A stretch of DNA of 63,634 bases, filler included, from Cercozoa sp. M6MM (Eukaryota > Protista > Endomyxa: Ascetosporea), in NCBI GenBank assembly GCA_040357565.1. It is 12 parts of 12 records of this genome, joined end to end, with 100 filler letters (N's around TTAATTAATTAA, not from the genome) between each part and the next. Parts side by side here need not be neighbours in the genome. Positions count along the whole stretch, not along the records: positions 4,532 to 14,713 come from JBDODJ010000454.1; positions 14,814 to 18,297 come from JBDODJ010001433.1; positions 18,398 to 26,827 come from JBDODJ010000538.1; 9 more parts are not named here. The stretch is one strand, 5' to 3'. The notes beneath the pieces were generated by a model, which did not search any database, was not told the DNA's origin, and saw only the letters and a program-made list of their open reading frames with translations. Below, piece by piece: positions 12,716 through 24,680 of the stretch. The first letter of the stretch is position 1; each line of letters starts with the position of its first letter. The translations under genes were made by a program, and so were the position numbers.

Positions 12716-13114
12716 ATGCGCGCTGTGATGGAGTCCGTGGGCTCGCAGATGCACCCGTCTCTGCGTCAGTCGCTGCTGGGAGGTACATTCAATTCCATCA
12801 AAAAAAGGCAGGGTTGCAGTGTATTTTGTGCACTGGGCAGACCCGAGTGCGTCGTTGCTTCGGCTGCCGACGCTGGAGCACTCCGTGGCCTCTCTTCAGG
12901 TGACAACCCAGTATTTATGTATATATTTTGTATACTGCTAAATAATGCGTCTGCAGGCAGTTCGTTCCGACATTCTGACGCTCCCAGTGTCAGAGAACAC
13001 GCTGACTCAGATGGGCATGAGTGCACCGGACGCTCAGCGCATCATGCCGGTGCATGCAGGTAGGTTTAAACTGACCTAGATCCCAGCCCTGACTGTTTTC
13101 TGGACATCCAGTGT

Positions 13115-13204
<90 letters not shown>

Positions 13205-14595
13205 CACAGACGGCAACCTACTGACGGCACTTGGCTCGGCACCCGTGCTGCTGCTGCCGACCAAGCAAGCCGTCGGTTCGCACGTGCATCAGCAGCAGCC
13301 TGCCAGCGACGCCAAGGAGGCCGCACGCTGCATGCGGAAGCACAAGTACCCTCTACTTCCTTCCTCTGCTTCCTCCCTACCTCTGCTTCCTTCCTACCTC
13401 TGCTTCCTTCCTTCCTGCCTTACCAGGTAGCTGCGACTTAGGTTGTTGGTGTGTACAGGTGGAACGAGAAGTACCTCGGCACGCAGACACCGGTGCGCGT
13501 GTGGCACCTCACCGACTGGTGAGTAGACCCCTCCTCTCCCTCTACCTCTCGAGATCTCTCTCCCAACTGTGGCACATGTGACCCGACTGCTGACACAGGA
13601 CCACACTGACTGGCGTCGATCCAGGCGGCCGCAGGTCTCCAGTTGGCACGTGTTACTGTGTATGTGGGTTGACACGTGGCCTCGCAGTGAGCAGGACGAC
13701 AATGACCGTGCGCCACTGAACGGCATTCTTCGGGGACGGTACTCTGAGTCACGTGGTCACTCATTCGCCATCTTAGTGACCACGTGCCAACCCCTGTGTG
13801 TGTGTCTGTGTGTGTGCACGCAGCTTCCGCACCGCCATCAGTGGCGTGCACACTCAGCGGCATGCCAACACGGTAGCGAAACTGATACCACCGACACTGA
13901 CTGACTTATGACTGCCGCTGACTGGTACTGACCGGTACTGCCTGTGTGTCACGTGTGCAGGAGATCGACAGCAAGATCGTGCAGGGTGTCGCAGCGTCGC
14001 GCGACTTGTTGTTCGCCCTGTCCGGACAAGGCCGTGTGCCGCAGGTGCCTCTACCCTACTCCATACCCCCAATACCCCAATACCCCCCCCCCCCCCCGCA
14101 GGGACAGCGACAAGGCGTGGATCCCGTGCCGAGTGGCAGCTGGGCCAACCCGCGTGTGCTGCTGCAGGTCGAGGCAGTGCCCGGTTGCGTGTGCACCGCC
14201 ACTCGCGATGACGACGGGTACAGACACCCCTGATATCCTTACCCCCCCCCCTCAATACTGAACTGCACAGTGAGGTAAAGTGGCCGCACGAGGCACTGCG
14301 ACACAAGAGTCTCGTGCAGTCCATCTCGGGCTCGAGTAGTTTTACCTCCCCCTAATTACCCCACCCCACCCCTACAGTTCCTGACTGACAACCGGTGCAA
14401 GCAGCGAGTATCGACCACTGCGACAGCTTGTTCCGTGCGGCTCCGACGACCACGGAACCGTCACGACCGCTGCTTCCGCGCGGACAGGCGCTGCAGCAGC
14501 AGGCCGTCGGCACGTCGGCGTGGCGCGACGAGTGGCTCTTCCGCCGGCCGCAGCTGCAGCTGCGCGTCGTGGCCGCTCTGCTCCTGATCGATCAG
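12716..14595 (+). CDS. Hypothetical multi-exon protein, 3'-truncated; start uncertain
   Basis: In-frame spliced exons MRAVMESVGSQMHPSLRQSLLG/DPSASLLRLPTLEHSVASLQ/AVRSDILTLPV.../WNEKYLGTQTPVRVWHLTDW...RDEWLFRRPQLQLRVVAALLLIDQ. No family recognised. Confidence 0.5.
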
Positions 14596-14665
14596 GTAGG
14601 TTCGTACACGTGCTCACTTGCACACTTGGACGTGCTCACTTGCGCACTTGCACATGTGCATGCGG

Positions 14666-14713
<48 letters not shown>

Positions 14714-14843
14714 NNNNNNNNNNNNNNNNNNNNNNNNNNNNNNNNNNNNNNNNNNNNTTAATTAATTAANNNNNNNNNNNNNNNNNNNNNNNNNNNNNNN
14801 NNNNNNNNNNNNNCCCCCCCCCCCCCCTCCCTGCCCTCCCCAG

Positions 14844-15017
14844 GTGGAGAAGGTAGGCTACAAGGACAAGGCCGTGCAGCGAATGTTCCTCGATGTGCTT
14901 CGGTAGCAGAGACATCTATCCCCTATACCCCCCCCCCCCCCTGTGTACTCCTTGTGTGTGTTGTCGCACAGAGACGCCATTGCAACGCATCGCATGAAAG
15001 ACCTGTTCATCTACTAG
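14844..15017 (+). CDS. Last two exons of an unknown gene
   Basis: VEKVGYKDKAVQRMFLDVLR/DAIATHRMKDLFIY*, with one GT-AG intron. Confidence 0.5.
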
Positions 15018-15427
15018 TTAGTTCGAGTTCAGTCTACTCAGAAATCACCATACGATAGCCAACTTTGTCGTTCCCCTGCACCAGTCCTGGGTGGCTCACA
15101 CGCGTAGTACACCGCCCGCTTAGACTGGGGCCGTCCAACTCCTCTACAGTGCCCCAGGCTGTTCATCTAGATATTACCATGTACAGTCCGGTCAGTGAGC
15201 GAGTTCGATTAATCACATTTAAGCGAACAGCCGGCCGCTGCGTCGATAGTTCAGTCTACTAAGAAACCAACTCTGCAGTTTCCCTGTTCCCGTCTTGGAG
15301 CGGGGTCACTCTGAGTCGAGTCAGTCGAGTGACAGTAACTCAAGTATTGATATTATATTGGCTGTCATGCCGTAAAAGAATAGTCTACACTCGACAGTAT
15401 ATCGTATCGTATGACGCAAACTAGTGT

Positions 15428-16695
15428 TTACAGTTCGGCCTGCAGTGCCTGCATGTGCTGTCGTAGGTGTCGCATGCACAGCGCGGCCTCGGTGAGGTGC
15501 AAGTGGTGCCCGCCCGGCAGGTTGTCTGCCAATCGCAGCGAATAAGTTACTAACTTAGCATACAAAAGACAGGGATACCGACAACCTTGACTAGTGCTGG
15601 ATCACATGCGTTTATGCGGTCCTGCACAACCACAGGTCGCAGTCACAAAACGAACTCAGTCAAGTGTGTTGAGAAAACAAAAACAAAGGCACCTCCATCC
15701 AAGCCTTCTCCTCGTTGGAGCGCGGCCGCTTGCGACTCTCGTCGCTGGCCACCAGCACCAATGTGGGACACCTACCGGGAGGGGAGGGGGGCAAGGGGGT
15801 AAGGAGTGGGCTAGGGCGCTAGATGAGGCAAAGAAATATACCGAACAGCGGTGGCAAAAATCTTGGAATCCTCGGCCGAGAACGAGCGCATCGTGGGCCT
15901 GTGATATCACATCACTTTGTTATCTTGGGGCAGGGTAGGTCAGGGTACGGGAGGTTAGGTAGGGTAGGTTAGGGTAGGGTAAGTTAAGGTAGGGTAGGGT
16001 GGGGTAGGGTAGGGTAGGGTAGGGTAGGTTAGGGTAGGGTAGGGTAGGTAAGGTGAGGTAGGTTAAGGTAGGGTAAGTTAGGGTAAGTTAGGGTAAGTTA
16101 GGGCAGGTTATGGTAGAGTAGGTTAGTAGGGTAGGGTAGGGTAGTAGGTTAGGGGAGGTAAGGGTAGGGTGGATTAGGGTAGGGTAGGGTAGGGTAGGGT
16201 AGGGTAGGGTAGGGTAGGGTAGGGCAGGGTAGGGTAGGGTAGGGTAGGGTAGGGTAGGGTAGGGTGGGTAGGGTAGGGTAGAAACCAAACGAGACGTCGG
16301 TCGTGTCCGAAGCACACCTGGCCGTCCTGCTGGATGGCAGCACGCGCCACGATGTGCGCGGCCTTGTCGGCAGGCACGCCCGTGGCCTTGCCGTAGTGAG
16401 CCGCCATGGCATCGATCGAGTCGAAGGGACGGCGCTGCTTCTTGCCACCCTTGGCGTAGTGGTTCATTCGCTGTGGTAGGCCGGGCATAGATAAGTCTAT
16501 ATCTATAGGCGTAGATATTTTGTATGGGCCTACCATATCGACAGCCATGCGCATCAGGGCCACCGGCGACAGCGGCATCACCCAGGGACCAAACGCATCG
16601 ATGCACACCAGGTCGTCCACCTTCTCGGGAAACACGGCGGCGTACAGCATGCCCACGGCTGCACACGCACAGTTTTGGTTTTGTATACTCCGTAC

Positions 16696-16748
<53 letters not shown>

Positions 16749-17426
16749 TACCACCGCCCATGCTGTGCCCGACGTAGGTGAAGGACGACCACTCCAGTGC
16801 CTGCGTTACGGCCTCGATCTCCATCAAACGGCGCGGAAAGTCGTACTCCTCCTGCCGTGGGGAAATGTAGAGGTTAGATCATACGATAACCACCCCCTTA
16901 ACGAATATTTTTACTGTGCAGCAAATAGACCAGATTCTGGTGGTGCGACGAGCGTCCATGGCCCAAGAAGTCAAAGCAAACCACTTGTGCCTACACGCAC
17001 ACACTTAGCACCAGGCGGTAAATCATAGAGTGAAAGTTACCTGCATCTCGGCAGCAATGCGTGGTGCCAGGAAGTCGAAAGTTCCCGCACTGTCCTGCCA
17101 ACTGTGCCCAAAAAAGAACAGGGCAAACCATTAAGAGGAATCTCCAACAACACAGAGCACTAACTCTCGAGGGTCTTACCCATGAGCACACAGGACGCGC
17201 TTGAGGTCGCCATTGCCGCTGCGCGGTCGCCACACCTTTGCACCAATCACGTGCGGCTGCAACCTGCACAGATACACGCCATCAAGGCCTACCGAAATTC
17301 GAAGTGGAAAAGTTACGCCACTGGACGCAACACACACTCTTCAACCACGACGTCAAAGTCGACGCAGGCGCGCGAAACACTCTTCTTGATCGCACTGTGG
17401 CTTAACAAGGCTCTTGGGGCTGCCAT
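15428..17426 (-). CDS. Serine hydrolase-like (SERHL-type) alpha/beta hydrolase
   Basis: VLCAHG/WQDSAGTFDFLAP, FLGHGRSSH, nucleophile elbow VGHSMGG, YAAVFPEKVDDLVCIDAFGP, and the catalytic His motif LPGGHHLHL. Confidence 0.9.
15932..16280. repeat. Intronic (GGGTA)n pentanucleotide satellite
   Basis: About 350 nt of GGGTA/GGTTA units inside a SERHL-like intron. Confidence 0.95.
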
Positions 17427-17608
17427 TCGACTCTATGTAACACTTACAGATCAATAAAGTGCGTCAGATAGCGTTCTAAGCAGTCGCATGCCGAAATTGA
17501 AACGGCGACGAGCATTTCGTAGACTAAATAATACTGTACCCACGTTACGGGCCGCACGAGGTAAGTCTAAGGGACCTCAACGGCCTAATTAAACTAAGTA
17601 CGATGGCT

Positions 17609-18275
17609 TTACTCGGTGAAGAGCTTATTGAAGCGTGCGAAGCCATTCTGTTGCACCAAAAATATATTGATGTGCACNNNNNNNNNNNNNNNNNNNNNNN
17701 NNNNNNNNNNNNNNNNNNNNNNNNNNNNNNNNNNNNNNNNNNNNNNNNNNNNNNNNNNNNNNNNNNNNNNNNNNNNNGGGGGGGTACCTTGCCGCCGTAA
17801 CGCATCGTGACATCGCTCACGTCGTACAACTCGCTTTCCACGGCAGTCTGCAGTGAGGGGTTATGAGGGTGAGGACGGGGAGGAGTGGGGAGGGGGGGGG
17901 GGTATGAATAACCAAAGCACCTTGAGCAGCGGCAGAAGCTCCATGAGTTCGTGCTCGAGTTCCTGCTTGCTACGCGTGTCGTCCTTCGTCCTAAGGGATG
18001 GGGGGAAGAGGGTAAAGAAGTAAAAGAAGGCAAATGGGAGGGTAAGCACCATTTGGGCGCATGCAGGAAGCGACGCGACTGCTTGCACATGTGCGACTCG
18101 GGACCCAGGAAGAGCACGTTACGCACCTGGGGGTAGGAGAATACGGGGTACGAGAAGGGGGTAAAACAGAGGCACCTGTCGACCAGTGGTGGCGAACAGG
18201 TTCATGTCGAAGCAGGAGCCTTCTTGCGCATCCAGCGACGTTTCATCCTCCGTCAGCACCGCCGTGATCAGGCCC
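17609..18275 (-). CDS. 3' exons of an unknown protein, 5'-truncated
   Basis: Spliced: LITAVLTEDETSLDAQEGSCFDMNLFATTGRQ/VRNVLFLGPESHMC...HAPKW/TKDDTRSKQELEHELMELLPLLK/TAVESELYDV...YGGK/(N gap)NGFARFNKLFTE*. Confidence 0.5.
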
Positions 18276-18397
18276 TGTGGAAGGGGTCAGGGGGGGGNNN
18301 NNNNNNNNNNNNNNNNNNNNNNNNNNNNNNNNNNNNNNNNNTTAATTAATTAANNNNNNNNNNNNNNNNNNNNNNNNNNNNNNNNNNNNNNNNNNNN

Positions 18398-18462
<65 letters not shown>

Positions 18463-18509
18463 TTCTGAGTACTCTGGACAAACAGCAAGAACTGAAGTTG
18501 TGACTGACC

Positions 18510-20506
18510 AGGTAGGCCTCGCGCGGATTGACGGTGCGTGTGCGACTGGAGGCGGCGCCGTCACTCGCCTGCTCGGTCGAGTCGCGACAGTGGCCGCGCG
18601 TGTCGACAAAGACCACGGGGTTGGCCGCACTTAGCACCGTGTCCAAGAAGACAGTGTCACTGTCACTGGCAGTGTCCCCTCGGTGCCCTGCACTGAGGTC
18701 GAGTCGTTGGGCGGCCACTTGGGCACTCCCGCAGCGCAGTCGCTCCTGGTACACCAGCGCATTGCTGAGCGACATGATCTCGCTGTTCATGCGGTACTGC
18801 GTGCGCAGTTCCACCACTGCTTCCTTCCTGTCAGCAGGGGGACAAAGGGGGGATACAGAGTCAGGGGTATGCTGAGGGTGGTAGGACTACATGCGAGGCA
18901 GACAGGCCAGTCGCTCGAACAGCGACTTGGACAGACCGAGTTCCTGCGCACGCCGCGACTTCACCAGCGGCGGCAACTGCATGTGATCTCCTACCCACAC
19001 ACTCGTACATACCCACCACACACTCATATGCATACCCGCCACACTCATACATACCCGCATAGTTAAGCATACAATCAGACACACAGGGCATGGAACAGGA
19101 GCACACACCGACGAGAACGACGCGACTGGCACACGACAGCGGCGCCAGACACAGCGGCTCCGTCAGCTGCGCCGCTGCACACACACTCCCCGAGGGACAT
19201 AGACAGACAGACTGACACAGACAGACCGACACAGACAGACCGAGCGAGAGACAGACAGGAGCACCTTCGTCAACTATACAGACATCGAAGGACGCGGACT
19301 GGATGAGACTGTTGCCGAGTGAGAGACACGTCACCTACAAGCACAGTATGTTTGTTCAATATTGAGCATATGTGTGTGTGTGTGTGCGTGTGCTACGCCA
19401 ACAACGTCGGCCGTCTTCCAGCGCTTGCGCAGGTCCTCCTCCCTGTACATTTATATGCAGACATAACGAGTCTAAACCGAATCAATACTTACCTGCCAGT
19501 GAGCACGAACGGGTGTATCGACGGCGCCACCGACTCTGCTCTCCCGGGACACGTACAATAACAACAACAACAACAACAACACACACACAGGGTCCTGTAA
19601 ATCAACAACACACGCAAGTAGCCGATGCGCACGACATTTATTTCGCCCTCGTCCATGTCCTTGTCTGCTTCGACACACACGCACACATATGCCCAGACAG
19701 AGACGTATGCACATCCACGTATATACACACATGGAACATACCAGAGTAGACGATCTTGTGCAGCACGTTATCGACGGCGCTGTGCGTGTAGGCCGTCACT
19801 AGCACACCTGTCTCAACCGTACATTTGGAGACTCATGTATTTCTACGGATCCACATAAAAAGAGGGAAGGTACGCAGTCCAGCAGACACGAGTGCGCGTG
19901 CCAGAAAAGCTATCGTCGTGGTCTTGCCCGTGCCTGCACATGTGCAAGCATAATGTGTAATGTGTCTGTGTGTATGTGCGAGTGTGTGTGTGTGTGTGCA
20001 GGTGGTCAAAGGCAAGGGTACCAGGCATGCCGACAAGCAGTGTGAGGTTCTTCGAGTTGAACACTGCGGTGACTGCCGCCCTGTGTAAAAGGTAAGTGGG
20101 GGGAGGGAAGTAAATGGGCAAGTTGCAAAGGGTCAAACTCACCGCTGGTCATCGTTAAGCGACAGGTCGAAGAGTGACTCAAGTGACATGCCGACTTCCT
20201 CGCGGAAGCAGTCGTCACAGTCGCTCACGGCCTCCTGAGTGACACACATGACCAGTGTGACATGCGATGTCGTGTGAGTGTACCACGGCAGTGTCATCCA
20301 CAATGAGCGAGCGCCAGCGACGCATGCGTTCGCTTTCGCCCAGTACCTTTGCACAAACGGGAGTTGTATCCGGATGGGACGGGTAGAGTGAGGTTACCAC
20401 ACGCATGAGGTTGTCCCGCTGCGACACGATGCTGTGTCCCTTTGTCACCGTGTCCAATCGCAGTAGTACTACAAAAAGGAAAGCATCCACACACACACAC
20501 ACACAC

Positions 20507-20541
<35 letters not shown>

Positions 20542-20983
20542 ACGGAACATAGGCCAGCAGTGAACAAAAGCTACATGACATGGGTATCTGCGACAGCTGC
20601 GCCAGCTCTTTCTCGCGTCGGTACTCTGACACAGACATAAACTGTACATGCGTACATATATATACATATAAAGGCAAGATACCTTTGAGAAACCGAGAGA
20701 CAGAGACGTCAATATAGTCAGAGGTTTGTGCCACCTTCACATACATACATACATACATATGTATATATATATATATATGCGTATATGATAGTGCGGTACC
20801 ACAGTGCCTTCGAGCAGCTGAAAGCGGCCGTCCATCGTGCTGATGTGCACGCGCGCGTTGCACCCGATGGCACGCGTGTCGATCTCGCGATTCGCGCCGC
20901 GCTTCCGCATGCGGTACACGAAGAAGCACTCGCTGTCCTCGGTCGCGTCGTCTATATACGGACATATATACGTATACATACAA

Positions 20984-21015
<32 letters not shown>

Positions 21016-22186
21016 CATATCGGTAGAGTATATTTCAAATCTATATATATATATATATATATCGGTAGACACAAATAATGTAGATATGTCAATGTAGTAT
21101 GAATACAAATGTATGTATATATTATTATGTAAGTATATATATATATATACCAAGATATATAAATGTAGATACCCAAATCACGCAGGTCACGTCGCACGCG
21201 AGTCTCACTCGAAATCACGAGGTTCTCGATGCAGCGACCGGTGCGAGCACGTGCTTTCTGTGACACAGCTGAACATAGACAAGAGGGAGGAAGGGAACGT
21301 GCACTCACGCAGGAGAGGCTACGCTCGTGAGTGTCCACAGTTCGCTCTCTGCGCCTTCGCCGCTCTGTGCCAGCTGATCCACCTGCAGGGAACACACAGA
21401 CAAGACATAGGAGTCAAGTCACTCAGTCAGTGAGTGAGGTCAAGTGATACAGGAAGGAGCGGGACTGACCTGTTCCTCCAGATCGAGCAGCAGAGCGAAG
21501 CGTCGGAAGTACTCGAGGTGTCGCGGCGACACGCCATGCTGCAGCGCACTTTGGAACACGTCGTCGCCATTGCGCGCCTTCTGGCTCAGTGGCTCTACCA
21601 GTCAGACCTTGTATACCCATGTGTTTATCCTTGTATACAAGTTTATCCTTGTATAGATGTTTACCCTTGTATACACATGTGTTGCAGACACATACGGGTG
21701 TACACAAGACACTGTTACCACTTTCCACTGCACGGTTAAACAGCGCGCACTGACGTCGCTGGAAGCAGCTCTTGCCTGTGCATGTGCATGTGCAGTGTGC
21801 ATGTGAGCACGCATGTACGGATGTGTGTGCACGGTACAGTCGACACCAGGCGGCCGCGCCGGAAGCGGAAACGGCCGCTGCAGCACCGTCTGCATGCTGT
21901 CCAACACGCGGTCATCGCTGCTGTGTCGTCTCAGTGACACCAGTGCCTGCACATACATCATACCCGTGATACCCTCATGTCAACTGAGGTTTCTACCCGA
22001 TCGAGATCACGTTCGACTTGTTCGACTGACACTTGGTCCTCATCGTCACTGCACGCCTTGGATAACACAGCGGACCACGCATACACAATGAAGGCTACAA
22101 GTTCGAACGAATCTGCTGAGCCAGTTGTGCGCGCAGATCGACATGTCGTGCCACCTGACCAGTCATATGCAATAGCAGCACAGCAC

Positions 22187-22242
<56 letters not shown>

Positions 22243-24380
22243 CTGGGTCTGCCTACCTGGTTGCGCAGCGACAGCAGGTAGCGCATGTCGGAGGCATGAA
22301 CCTGATGCGCCTGCATGGACAGTTCGTCTCCCTTGCGGAGGTACAGCAGCAGTGCCTGTGTACAAAAGCACACATGTGTGAAGGGTAGCCCTGGTACCCG
22401 TGAAAGCGTGTGCAAGTGTGTGTATGTGTGTGTAATGCACCGAGTCGACATCGGTGCCGTAGCGTTCGCCCATGAGGAGAGCGTAGACGAGAGCCTGTGC
22501 GCGATGCTGCATGCCTGGCCGGCCCGTCTTGACCTCAATCGGCATCAGATCACTCCCGGTCGACACCACCGACAGGTCGGCGACTCCTCGCACTGCGAAA
22601 CGAGGCGAAGCCATCACTGTACAACTCACAATCACACATACACACATCACACCCTCATGATACCAGACTCACCTTCCTCAATGTCCAGCACATGATCGAT
22701 GGCCAGCAACGAGGGTTTCTTGTTGTCGCACGGCCACCTCACCGCGGTCTCACGCTCCTGTACCAACAGTGTGTGAGCCCCCTTCTCACCAGGGGCTTAA
22801 GGTCAAGAGAGCACAAGTACAATGTAGGACTGGAACACTGCACGGATCGACGGAAACAACGACTCCAGGAACTCGAGTGCCTCGCTCTCGGCAATGTCGC
22901 AGGCCACCAGGTCGCGTTGCAGTTCTTTCACCTAGTGTGCAACATCGATAGACTGAAGTTGCATTGTTTTATATAGAAGAGAAACAGAGACAGTGTACCA
23001 CACGACGAGAGAAGCGATACAGCGAGTCCAAGTCGAACCGGCGGTAAGTCATGGCTTCCTGCAGCAAGGCATGCGCCAAACTTCCGTTCACTGCGGCCAC
23101 TGGTTTCTTGCCTTCCTGTGGCAGGATGGGATCAGCAACATCACATAATCACAAAGAGCAAGGCAAGTGTACCAAAGGGTCCGTCAGTCGGTAGCGACGT
23201 GACAGCACAGCAGCACGCGGACACTCGGTGGCACTCGCGACGCAACCACTCGGCAGCAATGTGTCCGGGTGAGTGACCAGAAATATGTTGGATGACTCGG
23301 TCAGTTCGAATCGCGTCTGCTCGCACAGAAAGCGCACGACTGCCTCCAGTTCGCTCGCACCCTGCCCTCGGGCAAGAAGAAGCAGCAGGCATACACACAC
23401 ACACAACCCACAGATCAAAGGAGAAGGAGTCTTCGCTACCTTGAACAACACGAGATTGAACGCATCGCCAGGTTGCACATCGGCGTTCTTCCACGAGTCC
23501 TTGCAGATCCACACTGTCACAGGACGGTTCTACTCAAGTCACAACACAATCACATTCAGCAAACAATGACAAAAAGAAAGCGCGCGCGTGTGCTGTACCA
23601 AAACGAGGCCTTCCTGTGCACCCAGGGAAACGACAACACCACGCACTCGCGTCCACTGCCGGTCCTCGCGCTGCACGTTTGATCGAACGCGTCTGGCGGA
23701 AACACGCAGCACTTTGGCCGACCAGTGACCGACTTTTCCGTCGGCGAGAAGCTCACGCGCTTGCTGCACTCTCTCTTTATCGGCGTCCCAGACGCTGTCG
23801 TTCCAGTGCCCGTCATAGTCTATCTCACAAGGTAGGGTTCGACACAAGGCACAAGGACAGGGAGAAGCACATGAGCAGGAAAAGAAGTGAACAGGAAAAA
23901 GAAAGACTCACCAGTTTTGGCGGCGCGCTGCGTCGGAATCGCCCAGCACGTGTCTTCCTCGCGTCGCACACGCTCCGTCTCGAGTTGCGAGTTCTCGAAC
24001 TCAAGGTCCCAATCGATCGGCTTGCCTCGCGAGTTCGAGTTCGAGTTGGACAGTTCAGTCGACAATTTGACAGGAGAAATGCGTTCGCACACATTCGAGC
24101 ATGTCTGACTAAGTTCCAAAGGTGCTGGCGAACTGTGAGGTCGCGAGGGCGACGTCCTTTCGCTCACCTGACTGAACTGGCTGAAGTCACTGAACTCAAA
24201 GCCGTCGTTCTCCTTCTCGCCGTCGTCCTTGCCCTGCGAACGCCTTGACTGCTGCGAAGACTCCCACTCGAGGTCGCTCTCGAATTCGAAAGCGTCACTA
24301 CCCTGCCGACACAGTCGTTTGGGTGCCGGCGGTGAATCCAGCACATCCTGTTTTGAGCGCTTTCGCGCGGAAAGCGCCAT
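18510..24380 (-). CDS. DNA2: DNA replication helicase/nuclease DNA2, many exons, 3'-truncated
   Basis: LVTHPDTLL...ECPRAAVL (first Fe-S Cys); SPRFAVRGVAD...PIEVKTG...HRAQALVYALLM (PD-(D/E)xK nuclease); CKSCFQRRQC (Fe-S); LVGMPGTGKTTTI (Walker A); TAYTHSAVDNVL; FDVCIVDE; VGDHMQLPPLV; LRTQYRMNSEIMSLSN. Confidence 0.95.
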
Positions 24381-24680
24381 AGACGCGATCAGGCGTCCAG
24401 TCGCACCTCTTTAGCGGTTGCGTCAAAGTAAAGCACGCCTTGCCCACAATAGCGCCCGAGAGATTGCACAGCTCGAGAATCATGCAATCTTCTGTTTGAA
24501 CCGATAAAAAATAAAACCTTTGAGGGCTAAGTGTATCACCCTCCAAAATTGTGTGTGGGCACGGTCCTGTAAGTTGTGTTGTGTTTTCTTGAGTCAATCT
24601 GCCACCAGATACGAGCTGTGTGTGAAATTCAGTAGCTTTCATTTTTTGGTTCTTGTTGTTAGGGAGTTGTATCCGAGATC

